This document shows positions 18,988-28,657 of a stretch of 34,334 nucleotides of DNA, one piece after another. The stretch covers positions 1 to 34,334 of the forward strand of contig JBBIHX010000016.1 of NCBI GenBank assembly GCA_037446815.1, in the 5' to 3' direction. The position numbers were made by a program, and so were the translations under genes. Source of the DNA: Caldilineae bacterium. GTDB lineage: Bacteria > Chloroflexota > Anaerolineae > DTLA01. The notes beneath the pieces were generated by a model. That model worked only from the letters and a program-made list of their open reading frames with translations. It ran no database searches and was not told the DNA's origin. Positions within the stretch are counted from its first letter, which is position 1; every line of letters starts with the position of its first letter.

Positions 18988-21057
18988 ATGGCCGGTTATG
19001 ACATCAGCAAGTTGCGCAATGTGGCCTTGCTGGGACACGGGAACAGCGGGAAAACCTCGCTGGCCGAGGCAATGCTCTTTGACGCGGGCGCCATCTCGCG
19101 ACTGGGCAAGGTAGATGAGGGGAACACCACATCGGACTTTGACCCCGAAGAGCAGCGACGCAAGATCTCGGTCAACACGTCCATCCTTCCGCTGGACTGG
19201 GAGGGCCATCGCATCACCATTCTGGACACGCCCGGCTATACCGACTTCGTAGGCGAAGTGCGCAGCGCTGTGCGGGTGGCCGAGGGCGCGGTCGTCCTGC
19301 TGGATGCCGTCGCGGGCGTGGAAGTGGGCACCGAACTGGTGTGGCAGCACGCCAACGACTACAAGTTGCCGCGCATCGTTCTGGTCAACAAGATGGACCG
19401 CGAAAACGCCGACTTTCACAAGGCCGTCGCGAGCCTGGCCGAGATTTTCGGCGTGCGTCCGGCCATCATGCAGTTGCCCATCGGCAGCCAGGCCAACTTC
19501 AAGGGCGTGGTGGACCTGGTATCCCGGGCGGCGTATCTCGGCCCGAAGGGCGAGAAAGGCGCTATCCCGTCCGACATGGCGGGCCAAGTAGAGGAAGCCC
19601 GCACTCAATTGATTGAGGTCGCCGCCGAGGGCGATGACGAACTCATCATGAAATACCTGGACGGCGAGACGCTCACCGACGAGGAAATCTACCGTGGGCT
19701 TCGGCTGGGCGTGGCGAGCGGCAAGATTGTGCCGGTCCTGTGCGGGTCATCCCTGGCGAACATCGGCGTTCAGGCGCTCCTTCACGCCATCGTTGCGCTG
19801 CTCCCCTCGCCGACCGACGCCGCCGAGATCCGCGCCAAGAACCCCGCCACCGGCGAAACCGAAGTCCTGGCCCCCAGCGACAACGGGCCCCTGGCGGCGC
19901 TGGCCTTCAAGACAACGGCCGACCCGTTCGTCGGTCGGCTCACCTACCTGCGCGTATACTCCGGCGTTCTGGAGTCGGACTCGCGGGTGTTCAACACCCG
20001 TTCCGAGAGCGAGGAACGCATCGGCCAGTTGTTCCTCATTCGCGGCAAGGAGCAGATTCCTGTGAAGGAGTTGCGCGCGGGCGAAATCGGCGGCGTGGCG
20101 AAGTTGAGCAGCACCATCACGGGCGACACCCTGTGCGACAAGGGCCGCCCGCTCCTGCTGGATCCGGTAACGTATCCCAAGCCCATCTTCTCCGCGTCCA
20201 TCTCGCCGAAGACCAAGGCCGACCTGGACAAGATGAGCACGGCGCTGGCCCGATTGGTGGAGGAAGATCCCACGCTGGCAGTTTCCCGCGACGCCGAGAC
20301 CAACGAGACTATTCTGTCCGGCATGGGCGAGTCCCACGTGGACATCGCGGCCCGCAAACTCCAGCAGAAGTTCGGCGTGGAGATCGTCCTGGGCACGCCC
20401 AAGGTCCCCTACCGCGAGACCATCACCCGGACGGCAAGCGCCCAGGGTCGCCACAAGAAGCAAACCGGCGGCCACGGGCAGTTCGGCGACGTGTGGCTGC
20501 GGTTGGAGCCCCTGCCGCGCGGCGCGGGGTTTGAGTTCGTGGACGAGGTCTTCGGCGGCTCCGTCCCGCGCCAGTACATCCCCGCGGTGGAGAAGGGCGT
20601 GCGCGAGACCATGACGAAGGGCATCCTGGCCGGCTATCCGGTTGTGGATGTGCGTGTGGCGTTGTACGATGGCTCGTACCACGCAGTGGACTCGTCGGAA
20701 ATGGCGTTCAAGATTGCTGCGAACCTGGGGTTCAAGAAAGCCATGGAAGAGGCCGGCCCGGTGCTGCTGGAACCCATTATGCAGGTCGTCATCACGATTC
20801 CCGAGCAGTACATGGGCGACGTGCTGGGCGATCTGAACACGCGGCGGGCGCGCGTGCAGGGCATGGAGCAGTCGCACGGGCGCAGCGTCGTGACGGCGCA
20901 GGTTCCCCTGGCCGAGATGCTGCACTACGCCACGACCCTGCGCTCTATCACCCAGGGGCGCGGCGTGTACACCATGGAGTTCTCGCACTACGAGGAAGTT
21001 CCGGCGCACATCGCGCAGCAGATTATCCAGGCCGCGAAGGCTGCCGAATCCAAGTAG
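18988..21057 (+). CDS. fusA: elongation factor G, EF-G2-type paralog
   Basis: 689 aa; GHGNSGKT, DTPG, NKMD, GMGESH, PYRETI, KKQTGGHGQFG, DGSYHAVDSSEMAF; RKISV replaces RGITI; not in str operon. Confidence 0.93.
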   Translation: MAGYDISKLRNVALLGHGNSGKTSLAEAMLFDAGAISRLGKVDEGNTTSDFDPEEQRRKISVNTSILPLDWEGHRITILDTPGYTDFVGEVRSAVRVAEGAVVLLDAVAGVEVGTELVWQHANDYKLPRIVLVNKMDRENADFHKAVASLAEIFGVRPAIMQLPIGSQANFKGVVDLVSRAAYLGPKGEKGAIPSDMAGQVEEARTQLIEVAAEGDDELIMKYLDGETLTDEEIYRGLRLGVASGKIVPVLCGSSLANIGVQALLHAIVALLPSPTDAAEIRAKNPATGETEVLAPSDNGPLAALAFKTTADPFVGRLTYLRVYSGVLESDSRVFNTRSESEERIGQLFLIRGKEQIPVKELRAGEIGGVAKLSSTITGDTLCDKGRPLLLDPVTYPKPIFSASISPKTKADLDKMSTALARLVEEDPTLAVSRDAETNETILSGMGESHVDIAARKLQQKFGVEIVLGTPKVPYRETITRTASAQGRHKKQTGGHGQFGDVWLRLEPLPRGAGFEFVDEVFGGSVPRQYIPAVEKGVRETMTKGILAGYPVVDVRVALYDGSYHAVDSSEMAFKIAANLGFKKAMEEAGPVLLEPIMQVVITIPEQYMGDVLGDLNTRRARVQGMEQSHGRSVVTAQVPLAEMLHYATTLRSITQGRGVYTMEFSHYEEVPAHIAQQIIQAAKAAESK

Positions 21058-21083
21058 TTGCGCGGGCGTCAGAGACCTTTCGC

Positions 21084-21117
21084 GCGGGCTTGCAGCGATG
21101 CAGGCCCGCTTCTTTTT
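21084..21117 (+). terminator. rho-independent terminator after fusA
   Basis: gcgggcttgca-gcga-tgcaggcccgc followed by ttcttttt. Confidence 0.85.
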
Positions 21118-21134
21118 GGGCGCACCCCGCGCGG

Positions 21135-21470
21135 GGCGGTATCCACGGATAGCACGGATGGCGGAAAGTAGGGCAAATTGCCAATTTGCCCCACGAGTTT
21201 CCTCGGCGCCCCGCGTCTCAGACCGACGGTTGCATGTGGGACCGACCCGCCGGTCGCCCTTACACTACCCGTGCGGCGGTATCCACGGATAGCGCGGATT
21301 GCGCGGATAGGGGCATGCGCTCAACGTGCGACGCACCTCCGAGGTGCGTCGCACGTTGTCCCTCCATCCCATTGTCATGCTGAGCCGAAGGCGAAGCATC
21401 TCCAGGCTTGCATCCACGGATAGCGCGGATTGCACGGATTTGGGCGCGCGATCCTTCGCGGATTCTCCCC
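21135..21470. repeat. composite repeat mosaic
   Basis: Three ccacggatagc(a/g)cggat periodic blocks, GTAG REP 21168-21194, family B 21323-21357, family C gtcatgctgagccgaaggcgaagcatct. Confidence 0.75.
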
Positions 21471-21477
21471 TGCGGTT

Positions 21478-21627
21478 GACTCGGTTCCAAAGTCTGTTGG
21501 TAGCCGTCATTGCGAGGGCACGCAGTGCCCGAAGCAGTCTCCGGGGCGTGGGATTGCTTCGCTCCGCTCGCAATGACACACGAGGACAGCGTGCATGCGG
21601 TTCACCAACGCAAGATGAAACCGACTC
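21478..21627 (-). mobile_element. MITE-like element type 1, reverse orientation
   Basis: 150 bp; gactcggttccaaagtctgttgg / ccaacgcaagatgaaaccgactc; no clear TSD. Confidence 0.8.
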
Positions 21628-21642
21628 CCCGCTATCCCCGTC

Positions 21643-21672
21643 TTGCGCGGAACCTTGCTTTGGGTCTATAAT
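21643..21672 (+). promoter_or_regulatory. sigma70-type promoter for nfeD operon
   Basis: TTGCGC(21643-21648)-18 bp-TATAAT(21667-21672). Confidence 0.62.
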
Positions 21673-21692
21673 GCAGGCAAGGAGAGTGCACG

Positions 21693-23009
21693 ATGACTGC
21701 GGATCGCAAAGTGCGTATCGCCATAAGTTTGTCCCTCGTGGTGCTGGGGCTGCTGCTCCTTGCGGCTCCCTCCGGCGCGCAGACCGGCGGAAAGGCAATC
21801 GTGCTCAACGTCAAGGGCCCCATCACGCCCGTTGTGCTCTCCTACCTCAACCGCGGGCTGGAGTATGCCCAGAATGGCAACGCTTCTCTCATCGTCATCC
21901 AGTTGGACACCCCCGGTGGCTCGGTGGAGATCATGAAGTCGCTGACCGACGAGATGATTCGGAGTTACGTGCCCATCGCCGTGTGGGTGGGGCCGGAGGG
22001 GGCGCGCGCGGCATCGGCGGGCACGTTCGTCACCCTGGCGGCGCACGTTGCAGCCATGGCGCCCGGGACCACCATCGGCGCGGCCAGCGTCGTCAGCATG
22101 CAGGGCGAGGAACTGGACGAAACCAGCAAGGCCAAGATCACGAACGACCTCACGGCGCGGATTCGCAATTTCACCCAGCGCCGAGGCCCCCAGGCCCAGG
22201 AATGGGCCGAGCGCACCGTAACCGAGGCCATCGCCGCCACCGCCGACGAGGTGTACCAACTCGGCGTCATTGACTTCGTCGCCCCCACCATCCCCGACCT
22301 GCTGCGCCAGATGGACGGCATGACGGTGCGCGTGGCGGGCCAGGACATGGTGCTGCGCACGGCAGACCTGCCGGTGGAGAACGTGCCTATGACCCTCCCC
22401 GAGCAGTTGCTGCACCTCATCACCGACCCCAACATCGCCTTCATCCTGCTCACGCTTGGGTTGAACGGCCTTCTGTTTGAATTGTCCAGCCCGGGCGGGT
22501 TCGCTGCCGGAATCATCGGCGGCATCTGTCTGGTGCTTGCCCTGTACGCGCTGGGCGTGCTGTCGGTCAACTGGACGGGCATCCTGTTCATCATCCTGGC
22601 GTTCGTCCTATTCATCGCGGACATCAAGGCGACCGCCCACGGCGTGCTCACGGTGGGCGGCATCGCCTCGTTCGTCTTCGGCGCGCTGATTCTGTTCAGT
22701 TCGCCCATCTACACCATCTCTCGCGCGCTGGTCTTCTCCGTTGCATTGGGGACGGGAGCCTTCTTCGCCTTCGCCGTGAGCAAGGCGCTGCTTGCCCAGA
22801 AGCGCCGGCCAAGCACCGGCCGCGAGGCGCTCATCGGCAGACGGGCTGTTGTGCGCGTGCCGTTGGAGCCTGAAGGAATGGTCATGCTCGCCGGGGAACT
22901 GTGGATGGCGCGGGCCGAGCAGGGGACTATTGACCGCGGCGAGACCGTGGAAGTCGTGGGGCTGGACGGGTTTACCGTTATCGTTCGCGCTGTTCCATCA
23001 GAGAACTGA
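21693..23009 (+). CDS. nfeD: NfeD family membrane-bound serine protease (long form)
   Basis: [25 protein letters not shown]lpP-like domain, TM bundle, C-terminal OB domain GELWMA. Confidence 0.92.
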   Translation: MTADRKVRIAISLSLVVLGLLLLAAPSGAQTGGKAIVLNVKGPITPVVLSYLNRGLEYAQNGNASLIVIQLDTPGGSVEIMKSLTDEMIRSYVPIAVWVGPEGARAASAGTFVTLAAHVAAMAPGTTIGAASVVSMQGEELDETSKAKITNDLTARIRNFTQRRGPQAQEWAERTVTEAIAATADEVYQLGVIDFVAPTIPDLLRQMDGMTVRVAGQDMVLRTADLPVENVPMTLPEQLLHLITDPNIAFILLTLGLNGLLFELSSPGGFAAGIIGGICLVLALYALGVLSVNWTGILFIILAFVLFIADIKATAHGVLTVGGIASFVFGALILFSSPIYTISRALVFSVALGTGAFFAFAVSKALLAQKRRPSTGREALIGRRAVVRVPLEPEGMVMLAGELWMARAEQGTIDRGETVEVVGLDGFTVIVRAVPSEN

Positions 23010-23026
23010 CGAAAGGGGGAAGGGAG

Positions 23027-23797
23027 ATGTTTGAGGTGCTGACGAGTTTCGGCGGGCTGATTCTCATCTTGATATTCCTGCTCGGCATGGCCATCAAGAT
23101 CGTGCAGGAGTACGAGCGGGGCGTGGTGTTCCGCCTGGGGCGATTGGTGGGCGCCAAGGGCCCCGGTCTGTTCCTCATCATCCCGTTCGTGGACCGCATG
23201 GTCAAGGTGGACCTGCGGGTGGTAACGCTGGATATTCCTGCCCAGGAAGCCATCACCAAGGACAACGTTACGGTCAAAGTCAACGCGGTGGCCTACTTCC
23301 GGGTCATCAACCCCGAGGCGGCCATTGTGCAGGTGGAAGACTACCGCCGCGCCACGTGGCAAATCGCCCAGACAACGCTGCGGAGCGTCCTGGGCCAATC
23401 GGAACTGGACGAATTGCTGGCCCACCGCGAGGAAATCAACCAGAAACTCCAGCGCATTATTGACGAGCAGACCGAGCCGTGGGGCATCAAGGTCAGCATC
23501 GTGGAGGTCAAGGATGTGGAGTTGCCCGACACCATGAAGCGGGCGATGGCGCGCCAGGCCGAGGCCGAACGCGAGAAGCGGGCCAAGATCATCCACGCCG
23601 AGGGCGAGTTCCAGGCGTCGCAGACCTTGCGCCAGGCTGCCAGCGTCATCTCCACGGAGCCTGCCGCCATTCAGCTGCGCTACTTGCAGACCCTGACCGA
23701 GATCGCCGTGGAGAAGAACTCCACCATCATCTTCCCAGTGCCGCTGGACTTCCTGAAAGCCTTTGCCCAATCCCTGGGATTGCAGGGGAAAGAGTAA
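23027..23797 (+). CDS. SPFH/stomatin (slipin) family protein
   Basis: [46 protein letters not shown]; canonical nfeD partner. Confidence 0.95.
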   Translation: MFEVLTSFGGLILILIFLLGMAIKIVQEYERGVVFRLGRLVGAKGPGLFLIIPFVDRMVKVDLRVVTLDIPAQEAITKDNVTVKVNAVAYFRVINPEAAIVQVEDYRRATWQIAQTTLRSVLGQSELDELLAHREEINQKLQRIIDEQTEPWGIKVSIVEVKDVELPDTMKRAMARQAEAEREKRAKIIHAEGEFQASQTLRQAASVISTEPAAIQLRYLQTLTEIAVEKNSTIIFPVPLDFLKAFAQSLGLQGKE

Positions 23798-23815
23798 TCT
23801 CCTCCGAGGAAACAC

Positions 23816-25213
23816 TTGGACGCAAATCGGGAAAAGAACGCGGCCGCCGCCAGTTCGGTGGTGGCCGCCGTGGGACTCACAACGTTCAAGATTGTGGTCG
23901 GCCTGATGACCGGCAGCCTGGGCATCCTGTCCGAGGCGGCGCATTCTGGACTGGACTTGGTGGCGGCCCTCGTTACATGGTTTGCCGTGAGGGTCTCCGA
24001 CCGCCCCGCCGATTCCCGGCACCATTACGGGCATGGGAAGGTGGAGAACCTCTCCGCCCTGGTGGAAACTCTGCTCCTTCTCCTCACCTGCGCCTGGATC
24101 GTGTACGAAGCGATTCGCCGCATCTTCTTTGCCGAGGTGCACGTGGATGCCAACCTCTGGGCGTTTCTGGTGATGGGGGTCTCCATCGTCATAGACTTCA
24201 CCCGGTCTCGGGTCCTCATGCGGGCGGCGGAGAAGCATAACAGCCAGGCGCTGGAGGCCGACGCGCTCCATTTCCAGACGGACATCTGGAGTTCCTCGGT
24301 GGTCATTGTGGGGCTGGCGCTGACGTGGGGCGAGCAGCGGCTCGGCTGGCCGTCGTGGTTGGCCAAGTCGGACGCCGTGGCCGCGCTGGGCGTGGCGTTC
24401 ATCGTCATCGGCGTGAGCGTGCGCCTGGGTCGGCGGACCATCGCCGCGTTGCTGGACACGGCGCCGCCGGGGTTGCGCGAAACCGTCCGAGACACGGTCG
24501 CTTCGGTGCCGGGCGTGCTCAGCGTGAACCAGGTGCGGGTGCGCCAGGGCGGGCCCTACACGTTCGCCGACGTGGACATCGCCGTGGGGCGCGAGATGTC
24601 CTTCAGCCAGGCGCACGATGTGGCAACGGCGGTGGAGCGCCGCCTGCGCCAACTCCTGCCGCAGGCGGATGTAGTCGTCCACGTGGGGCCCGCGACCCAT
24701 CGCGGCGAGACCGACGACCAGAAGGTGCGCGCGGTGGCAGCGGCGCATGGCCTTGCGGCTCATTCCATCCACGTGCACCACATTCGCGGCCAGGTGTACC
24801 TGGAGTTTCACCTGGAAGTGCCCGACGATCTGGACTTGGCGCGGGCGCACGCCCTCGTCTCGGAGGTGGAATCGGCCCTGCGGGGCGAGTTCCCGGGCCT
24901 TGTGGATGTCATCACCCACATAGAGCCGGCCTCCCGCGAGCGGGTGGTGGCCCCCATCTCGCCCGAAGAGGTCGCGCGGGTGGAGGCAGAGGTGCGGCGC
25001 ATTGCCGACGAGCAGTGCGGCGATGGCCATTGGCATCGCCTCATGGTGCGCGACGAGTCGGGCATGTTGTCCATCTCCTTGCACTGCCAGATGGCGGGCA
25101 GCGCCTCGGTCCAGGCCGCGCACGACCTCTGCGAGCAATTGGAAGCGGCCGTGCGCCAGACGATTCCCAACGTGGGGCAGGTGGTCATCCACGTGGAACC
25201 CCTGGACGATTGA
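23816..25213 (+). CDS. cation diffusion facilitator (FieF-like) with three C-terminal ZT_dimer-like domains
   Basis: HSGLD and HFQTD metal sites, HHYGHGKVE; three AH...VH(V/I)xP repeats; TTG start. Confidence 0.9.
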   Translation: MDANREKNAAAASSVVAAVGLTTFKIVVGLMTGSLGILSEAAHSGLDLVAALVTWFAVRVSDRPADSRHHYGHGKVENLSALVETLLLLLTCAWIVYEAIRRIFFAEVHVDANLWAFLVMGVSIVIDFTRSRVLMRAAEKHNSQALEADALHFQTDIWSSSVVIVGLALTWGEQRLGWPSWLAKSDAVAALGVAFIVIGVSVRLGRRTIAALLDTAPPGLRETVRDTVASVPGVLSVNQVRVRQGGPYTFADVDIAVGREMSFSQAHDVATAVERRLRQLLPQADVVVHVGPATHRGETDDQKVRAVAAAHGLAAHSIHVHHIRGQVYLEFHLEVPDDLDLARAHALVSEVESALRGEFPGLVDVITHIEPASRERVVAPISPEEVARVEAEVRRIADEQCGDGHWHRLMVRDESGMLSISLHCQMAGSASVQAAHDLCEQLEAAVRQTIPNVGQVVIHVEPLDD

Positions 25214-25244
25214 ACCCTGTACATAGCGCAATCGGAGCGTCCTC

Positions 25245-25835
25245 ATGCTTGGCCGTTTGGGCAAACAACGCGGCTGGATTGGACTTGCCCTGTCCTACAT
25301 CCTGGTGGCGGGGGTTGCATTTCTGGCGGCGCGATGGCCGGCCCCCGGCGGCGTGCAGATTCTGGCGCCCGAGCCTTCGCCCACGCCCCAGCCCAGCCCC
25401 ACGCCCGCGCCCGCGCGGGTATACGTGAGCGGAGCCGTCGTCGCGCCGGGCGTGTACACCCTGCCGCCAGGGAGCATCGCCCAGGACGCCCTGAACGCCG
25501 CCGGTGGCCCCGCGCAGGACGCCGACCTGTCCCTGGTGAACCTCGCCGCGCCCGTGTCCAACGGCCAGCAGGTACACATCCCCCGCGTCGGCGAGAAGGT
25601 GGCCCAGAAAAGCCCGACGCCGGCATCACGCGCCCTCACCGGGCCGCTCAACCTCAACACGGCCACGGCTTCGGAACTGGAGCAACTCCCCGGCATCGGC
25701 CCCGCCCTGGCTGCGCGAATTGTGCAGTACCGCCAGGAACACGGACCCTTTCGCACGGTAGATGCGTTGTTGTTGGTGTCAGGGATCGGCCCAGCCACGC
25801 TGGACAGGATTCGGAGCCTGGTTACGGTGGACTGA
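25245..25835 (+). CDS. comEA: ComEA family DNA-binding protein (SLBB plus helix-hairpin-helix)
   Basis: TM, VYVSGAVVAPGVY, VNLAA, LNLNTATASELEQLPGIGPALAARI, VSGIGP. Confidence 0.92.
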   Translation: MLGRLGKQRGWIGLALSYILVAGVAFLAARWPAPGGVQILAPEPSPTPQPSPTPAPARVYVSGAVVAPGVYTLPPGSIAQDALNAAGGPAQDADLSLVNLAAPVSNGQQVHIPRVGEKVAQKSPTPASRALTGPLNLNTATASELEQLPGIGPALAARIVQYRQEHGPFRTVDALLLVSGIGPATLDRIRSLVTVD

Positions 25836-25901
25836 CCGCCCTGGCACGGGCCTTGCACCCCGTCATCACGCGAAACCATCATCCGTCAGAAAGGGGAGCC
25901 T

Positions 25902-26498
25902 ATGTTCCGAACGTCGCTTGCGCCAAAGGCCGCCGCCATACTCCTCCTCGCGCTGCTCGCTGCGTTGCCGCCGTCGGGCGCGGCCCGGCCCATCGCCGAA
26001 GCGCAGTTGCCCCTGCTGCACCTTTCGCCCACCTTGCTCGTCGTGCCGATTGGAGAGACGTCGTGCGCGGACTTGCGGGTGGAGGACGTGGAGAACCTGT
26101 TCGGGTTTGAGACGACGATTCGCTTTGATCCCAGTCGGCTGGCCGTCGTGGACGCGGCGCCTGGGACGCCTGGGGTTCAGGTTGCGATCGGGCCGTTCCT
26201 TCAGCCCGCGAACCCCTCCAACTGGTGGGTCGCGAACTCGGTGGACAACGCGGGTGGCACCATCGGGTTGGCCATCGCCCTCATCGCGCCCGAGACGGGG
26301 CGCAGCGGCAGCGGCACCCTTGCCACGGTGTGCTTCCGGGGGCTGAATCGGGGGCATTCGGCCATTGCCCTGCCGGAGACCGGCACGCTCCTGCTAGACC
26401 CGCAGGTTTCCGTCATCCCCTTTGCGACGAAGTCCGGCGGGGCGCTCGTCGGGCCCGTGTACCGCTTCCGAGTCCCCATGGTGGCGAAGGGCTACTAG
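25902..26498 (+). CDS. secreted cohesin-domain protein
   Basis: Signal peptide; VENLFGFETTIRFDPSRL...GSGTLATVCF cohesin-like pattern; C-terminal YRFRVPMVAK. Confidence 0.7.
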   Translation: MFRTSLAPKAAAILLLALLAALPPSGAARPIAEAQLPLLHLSPTLLVVPIGETSCADLRVEDVENLFGFETTIRFDPSRLAVVDAAPGTPGVQVAIGPFLQPANPSNWWVANSVDNAGGTIGLAIALIAPETGRSGSGTLATVCFRGLNRGHSAIALPETGTLLLDPQVSVIPFATKSGGALVGPVYRFRVPMVAKGY

Positions 26499-26527
26499 CG
26501 CGCACCCGCGGATGACCGGGCCGTAAC

Positions 26528-26980
26528 CGCGAATCGCGCGAACGCACGCGAATGGAGAACGTGCGACGCACCTCGGAGGTGCGTCGCACGTTGTCATGCC
26601 GAACGCCCGAGTCTAAAGCCTCGGGCTGAGTGCACAAAGCCCTACGGGCTGACAGCCCCGAAGGGGCTTTGGTCGTTCAGCGCGGGGGTTTAGCCCCGCG
26701 CGGTCATTGCAGGCGAAGCGAATCGCGCGAACCCACGCGAATACAGAAACGGTATCCACGGATAGCACGGATAGCGCGGATTGGAGAAGGCGAGATTCTT
26801 CGCGGCTTCGCCGCTCAGAATGACAGCACCTGAACCGCGAATCGCGCGAATCCACGCGAACAGACAAACGGTATCCACGGATAGCACGGATGGCGCGGAT
26901 AGGACGAGGTGAGATTCTTCGCGGCTTCGCCGCTCAGAATGACAGCACCTGGACCGCGAATCACGCGAACCCACACGAAT
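26528..26980. repeat. composite repeat mosaic including 119-bp tandem duplication
   Basis: Family B 26558-26592; cccgag..ctcggg, agccccgaaggggct and cgcgggg..ccccgcg hairpins; units 26718-26836 and 26837-26955, partial third copy. Confidence 0.8.
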
Positions 26981-27031
26981 GGGGGTGGGGCGGGGGCTTC
27001 CCCTGATGCCACGTGCGAGGGGCTGCTCCGC

Positions 27032-27241
27032 GCGCCTGCCGGTGGCCCTACTGCGAGGGCATGACGAAGTCGCGTCCGACGATGATNNNNNNNNNNNNNN
27101 NNNNNNNNNNNNNNNNNNNNNNNNNNNNNNNNNNNNNNNNNNNNNNNNNNNNNNNNNNNNNNNNNNNNNNNNNNNNNNNNNNNNNNGCGCCTGCCGGTGG
27201 CCCTACTGCGAGGGCATGACGAAGTCGCGTCCGACGATGAT
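27032..27241. other. scaffold gap with 55-bp duplicated flanks
   Basis: 27032-27086 is identical to 27187-27241. Confidence 0.9.
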
Positions 27242-28552
27242 GCGCAGGTTGCCGGCGCCGGTCTGGCCGCTGCTCTCCTTGCGGATGTTCCGCTCTGCGA
27301 CGTTGAGCAACTGGGCCAGCAGCGCCACGGTCTGCGTGTTGCCGGCGTAGTCTATGATGAGCGTCTCGGGGTAGTCGCTGCGGTCGGCGTTCTCAATCGC
27401 CACGACCTCAAACCCTTGCTCCTTGAGGAGAGCGGCCATCTGCGCCGCTAGGCCGGGCACGCCCGCGCCGTTGAGCACCTCAATCTGGGCCGACTCGCCG
27501 GGGACGCGCTTGTGGTTGTTGTTGCCGGACGAGAACATCTCGTCCACCAGCGCGCGGATCTTCTCCCGATCGGGCAGAAGGACGTCGCCGCCGCTGGGGG
27601 TCTTGGTCTCCACCACCATGGTGTAGTCTATGACCCTGGACTGGATGTTCGCCGAGTCCACCTGGTTGCCCAGTTTGGCCAGGGCGAGGATCTCTCCGGG
27701 CTGCAGGTCGGTCTGCACAGCGCCCATGACCGTCGCCATGAGGCTGGGGAGTTTGGGCAGGAGGTTGAGCCGCAGGGCTTTGTCGCGCGCGGCCATGAGC
27801 ACCTGCTGCTGGCGGCGCCCGCGGTCAATGTCGCTGCTGCCATGGCGCACTCGGGCATATTTCAGCGCCAGGTCGCCGTCCATGTGCACCAGGCCGGCGG
27901 GGATGTGGACTTCCTGGTAGCCGTAGTCGTCGGTGGGGTACTGCGTGTCGTCTATGGGCTTCTCCACCAGCACGTCAATGCCGCCGATTTGGTCAATGAG
28001 TTTGCGGAACCCGTCAAAGTCCACCAGGATGTAGCCGTGGATGGGCACGCCCAGGAACTCCTGCACAGTGCGCATGGCCAGGGCCGGCCCGCCGCCAGGA
28101 TACTTCTTGAGCTCGCCAAGGACAAACGCCTGATTGATGCGGCTTTCGCCGTAGCCGGGGATCGGCACCCACAGGTCGCGCGGGATGGACAACATGCCCG
28201 CGGACTTGGTGGCGGGGTCAAGCGTCAGCACGATGAGGGTGTCGGTGCGGTACACGGTTTCATCGGGGCGCTTGTCGGCTCCCAGCAGGAGCAGGTTCAC
28301 GCGCTCGGTGCGTTGCCAGACTGGCACCTGCGGCAGGTCGGAGTTGGTCCCGGCCGGTGGCGCGGGCGCGAAGAAGTTGAGGTTCGGCAACAGCGGGATG
28401 TTGGCTTCGGCGACCAGCGCACGCACGGTGCCATAGAAGACGTAGCCGGAAAACAACCCGCCCAGCGCAAACAGCACCAGGGCGATATAGAGAAACAGAC
28501 GCGTTTTCTGCTGTGTCCCCCCTCGCGGAGGGAAGGATAATTGTCTGCTCAT
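27203..28552 (-). CDS. LCP (LytR-CpsA-Psr) family protein with LytR C-terminal domain
   Basis: TM, NLLLLGADKR, RTDTL, LSIPRDLWV, YARVRH..SDIDRGRRQQ, IEVLNGAGVPGLA; start uncertain. Confidence 0.92.
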   Translation of the reverse strand: MSRQLSFPPRGGTQQKTRLFLYIALVLFALGGLFSGYVFYGTVRALVAEANIPLLPNLNFFAPAPPAGTNSDLPQVPVWQRTERVNLLLLGADKRPDETVYRTDTLIVLTLDPATKSAGMLSIPRDLWVPIPGYGESRINQAFVLGELKKYPGGGPALAMRTVQEFLGVPIHGYILVDFDGFRKLIDQIGGIDVLVEKPIDDTQYPTDDYGYQEVHIPAGLVHMDGDLALKYARVRHGSSDIDRGRRQQQVLMAARDKALRLNLLPKLPSLMATVMGAVQTDLQPGEILALAKLGNQVDSANIQSRVIDYTMVVETKTPSGGDVLLPDREKIRALVDEMFSSGNNNHKRVPGESAQIEVLNGAGVPGLAAQMAALLKEQGFEVVAIENADRSDYPETLIIDYAGNTQTVALLAQLLNVAERNIRKESSGQTGAGNLRIIVGRDFVMPSQ

Positions 28553-28615
28553 CCAGCGTTCCAGAATCAAGATAGAAAGCCCCGGGTGCAGATAGACGAT
28601 CACGGGGCAGTTGGC

Positions 28616-28643
28616 ATTATATCCATTTGACGCCGGACGTCAA
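28616..28643 (-). promoter_or_regulatory. sigma70-type promoter for LCP gene
   Basis: TTGACG(28643-28638)-16 bp-TATAAT(28621-28616). Confidence 0.68.
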
Positions 28644-28657
28644 CTAACGGTTCCCTG

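Noticed and set aside
22709..25264. 851-aa minus-strand ORF and other long antisense ORFs (e.g. 19747-21009, 6361-7755)
   Set aside because: Shadow frames of well-supported genes in high-GC DNA, with no recognisable motifs.
27032..27241. Apparent duplication of the LCP gene 3' end (att-like direct repeat)
   Set aside because: Exactly 55 bp either side of an N gap, the same as the other gap; k-mer overlap artefact.
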